Of a stretch of 47,594 bases of DNA, positions 46,245 through 47,594 are shown piece by piece; position 1 is the stretch's first letter, and the number at the start of each line of letters is the position of its first letter. The DNA comes from Octopus bimaculoides. Lineage: Eukaryota. Position numbers and translations under genes: made by a program. The notes under the pieces were generated by a model. It did not search any database. It had not been told where the DNA came from and saw nothing but the letters and a program-made list of their open reading frames with translations. Location: positions 17,344,277 to 17,391,870 of the forward strand of contig NC_068985.1 in the NCBI RefSeq assembly GCF_001194135.2, read 5' to 3'.

Positions 46245-47594
46245 CTTTTCTATTCTAGGCACAAGGCCCGAAATTTAGGGGAAGGGACCAGTCGATTAGA
46301 TCAACTCCTGTACACAACTGATACTTAATTTATCAACCCCGAAAGGATGAAAGGCAAAGTCACAAAACCAGCAGGAATCAACTACAAGGATCCTCGGTCT
46401 CAAGTGATGTTTATTTTATTGACCTTAAAAGCATGTAGATCATAATTAACTTCAGTAGAATTTGAACTCAGAACATACAAAATTGGGAAATATGCCACTG
46501 AGTACCTTATCTGACATGCCAATGATTCTGCCTGCTCAATGCCTTAATAAAGCTAATAATAATTCTTTCAAAGTTTGGCACAAGACCAGCAAATTTTGAA
46601 GGAAAGCGCCTAGTTGATTACATCAACTCAAGTACTCAACTGGTACTTTATTTTATTGACACTGAAAGGGTGAAAGACAAGGTTAGCCACTGAGTAGTTT
46701 GTCCAATGTCGTAACAATTCTGCCAGCTTGCCACTTAATGAAGGTTACAATAATAGAATTTAGAATTATGGATTAAATGTATTTAGCCTCTGACTAGCTC
46801 TTGTACTGGTGACATGTAAAAAGCACCATACAAATGTGGCTGATGCCAGTACCCCATGATTGGCTCCCGTGCTAGTGGCACATAAAAAGCACTATCCAAA
46901 CGTGATTGATGCTAAGCCCGCCTGACTGGCTCCTGTGCCAGTGGCATGTAAAAAGTATCCACTACACTCTCGGAGTGGTTGGCGTTAGGAAGGGCAGATA
47001 AGACTGGAGCCTGGTGCAACTGGTGACTCTCCATACCTTAGTCAAACCATCCAACCCATGCCAGCATGGAAAACAGACATTAAACGATGATGATGATGAT
47101 GATGATGATGCTGGGTCATGTAAAATTAGACATGACAGTGTGTTATTTTATGCTGTCTACCACTACAACCACAACCACCACCACCACCACCTCCACCAAC
47201 ACTATCAACATCGTCATCATTCAACGTCTGCTTTCCATGCTGGGTTGGACATGTTCACTGAGGACTTGCGAGCTGGGAGGCTGCACCAGGCTCCAATATT
47301 GATCTGGCAAGGTTTCTAAAGCTGGATGCCCTTCATAACGCCAACCACTCTGAGAGTGTAGTGGGTGATTTGTACATGCTACCAGCACAGGGAGCCAGTC
47401 AGGCTGGGAGATAGGGCAGCACTAAAATTCTTCTCAACCTTTAACCTGTGCTGTCCTCAATTGATTTACTAGGCACTTTACAGAGTGCATTGGGTGCATT
47501 TTATCATAGTGTCAGAATAGTAGAGAGGGTGATAAGGAGGAAAGCTAAGTTTAAAGAGGTGTTGAGAGATGCTGAAGTATATTGGGAGGAACAG

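Overview
AT-rich, microsatellite- and SINE-saturated animal genomic DNA with six N-gaps. The repeat landscape suggests an octopod cephalopod, but that is inference only. The one recognisable host gene is a mitochondrial glutamate dehydrogenase (GLUD1/Gdh-like) on the minus strand. Five coding exons (18426-18027, 11946-11746, 7141-7055, 6349-6261, 570-472) splice in frame into the first 292 codons, and the gene continues off the left edge. The rest is transposon-derived: several tRNA-derived SINE families, an abundant (GAT)n-tailed repeat, an internally deleted Penelope-like element, two tandem R4/Dong-type RLE retrotransposon 3' ends nested in a (TAA)n microsatellite, a Tc1/mariner remnant and MITE-like fold-backs. 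The most interesting signal is a set of minimal type-I hammerhead ribozyme motifs of several sequence classes. One lies in sense orientation inside a GDH intron and two form an inverted pair. They look like Penelope/retrozyme-associated ribozymes. Almost all other ORFs in the supplied track are microsatellite or repeat read-through. All alignments and folds were done by eye; no searches were run.
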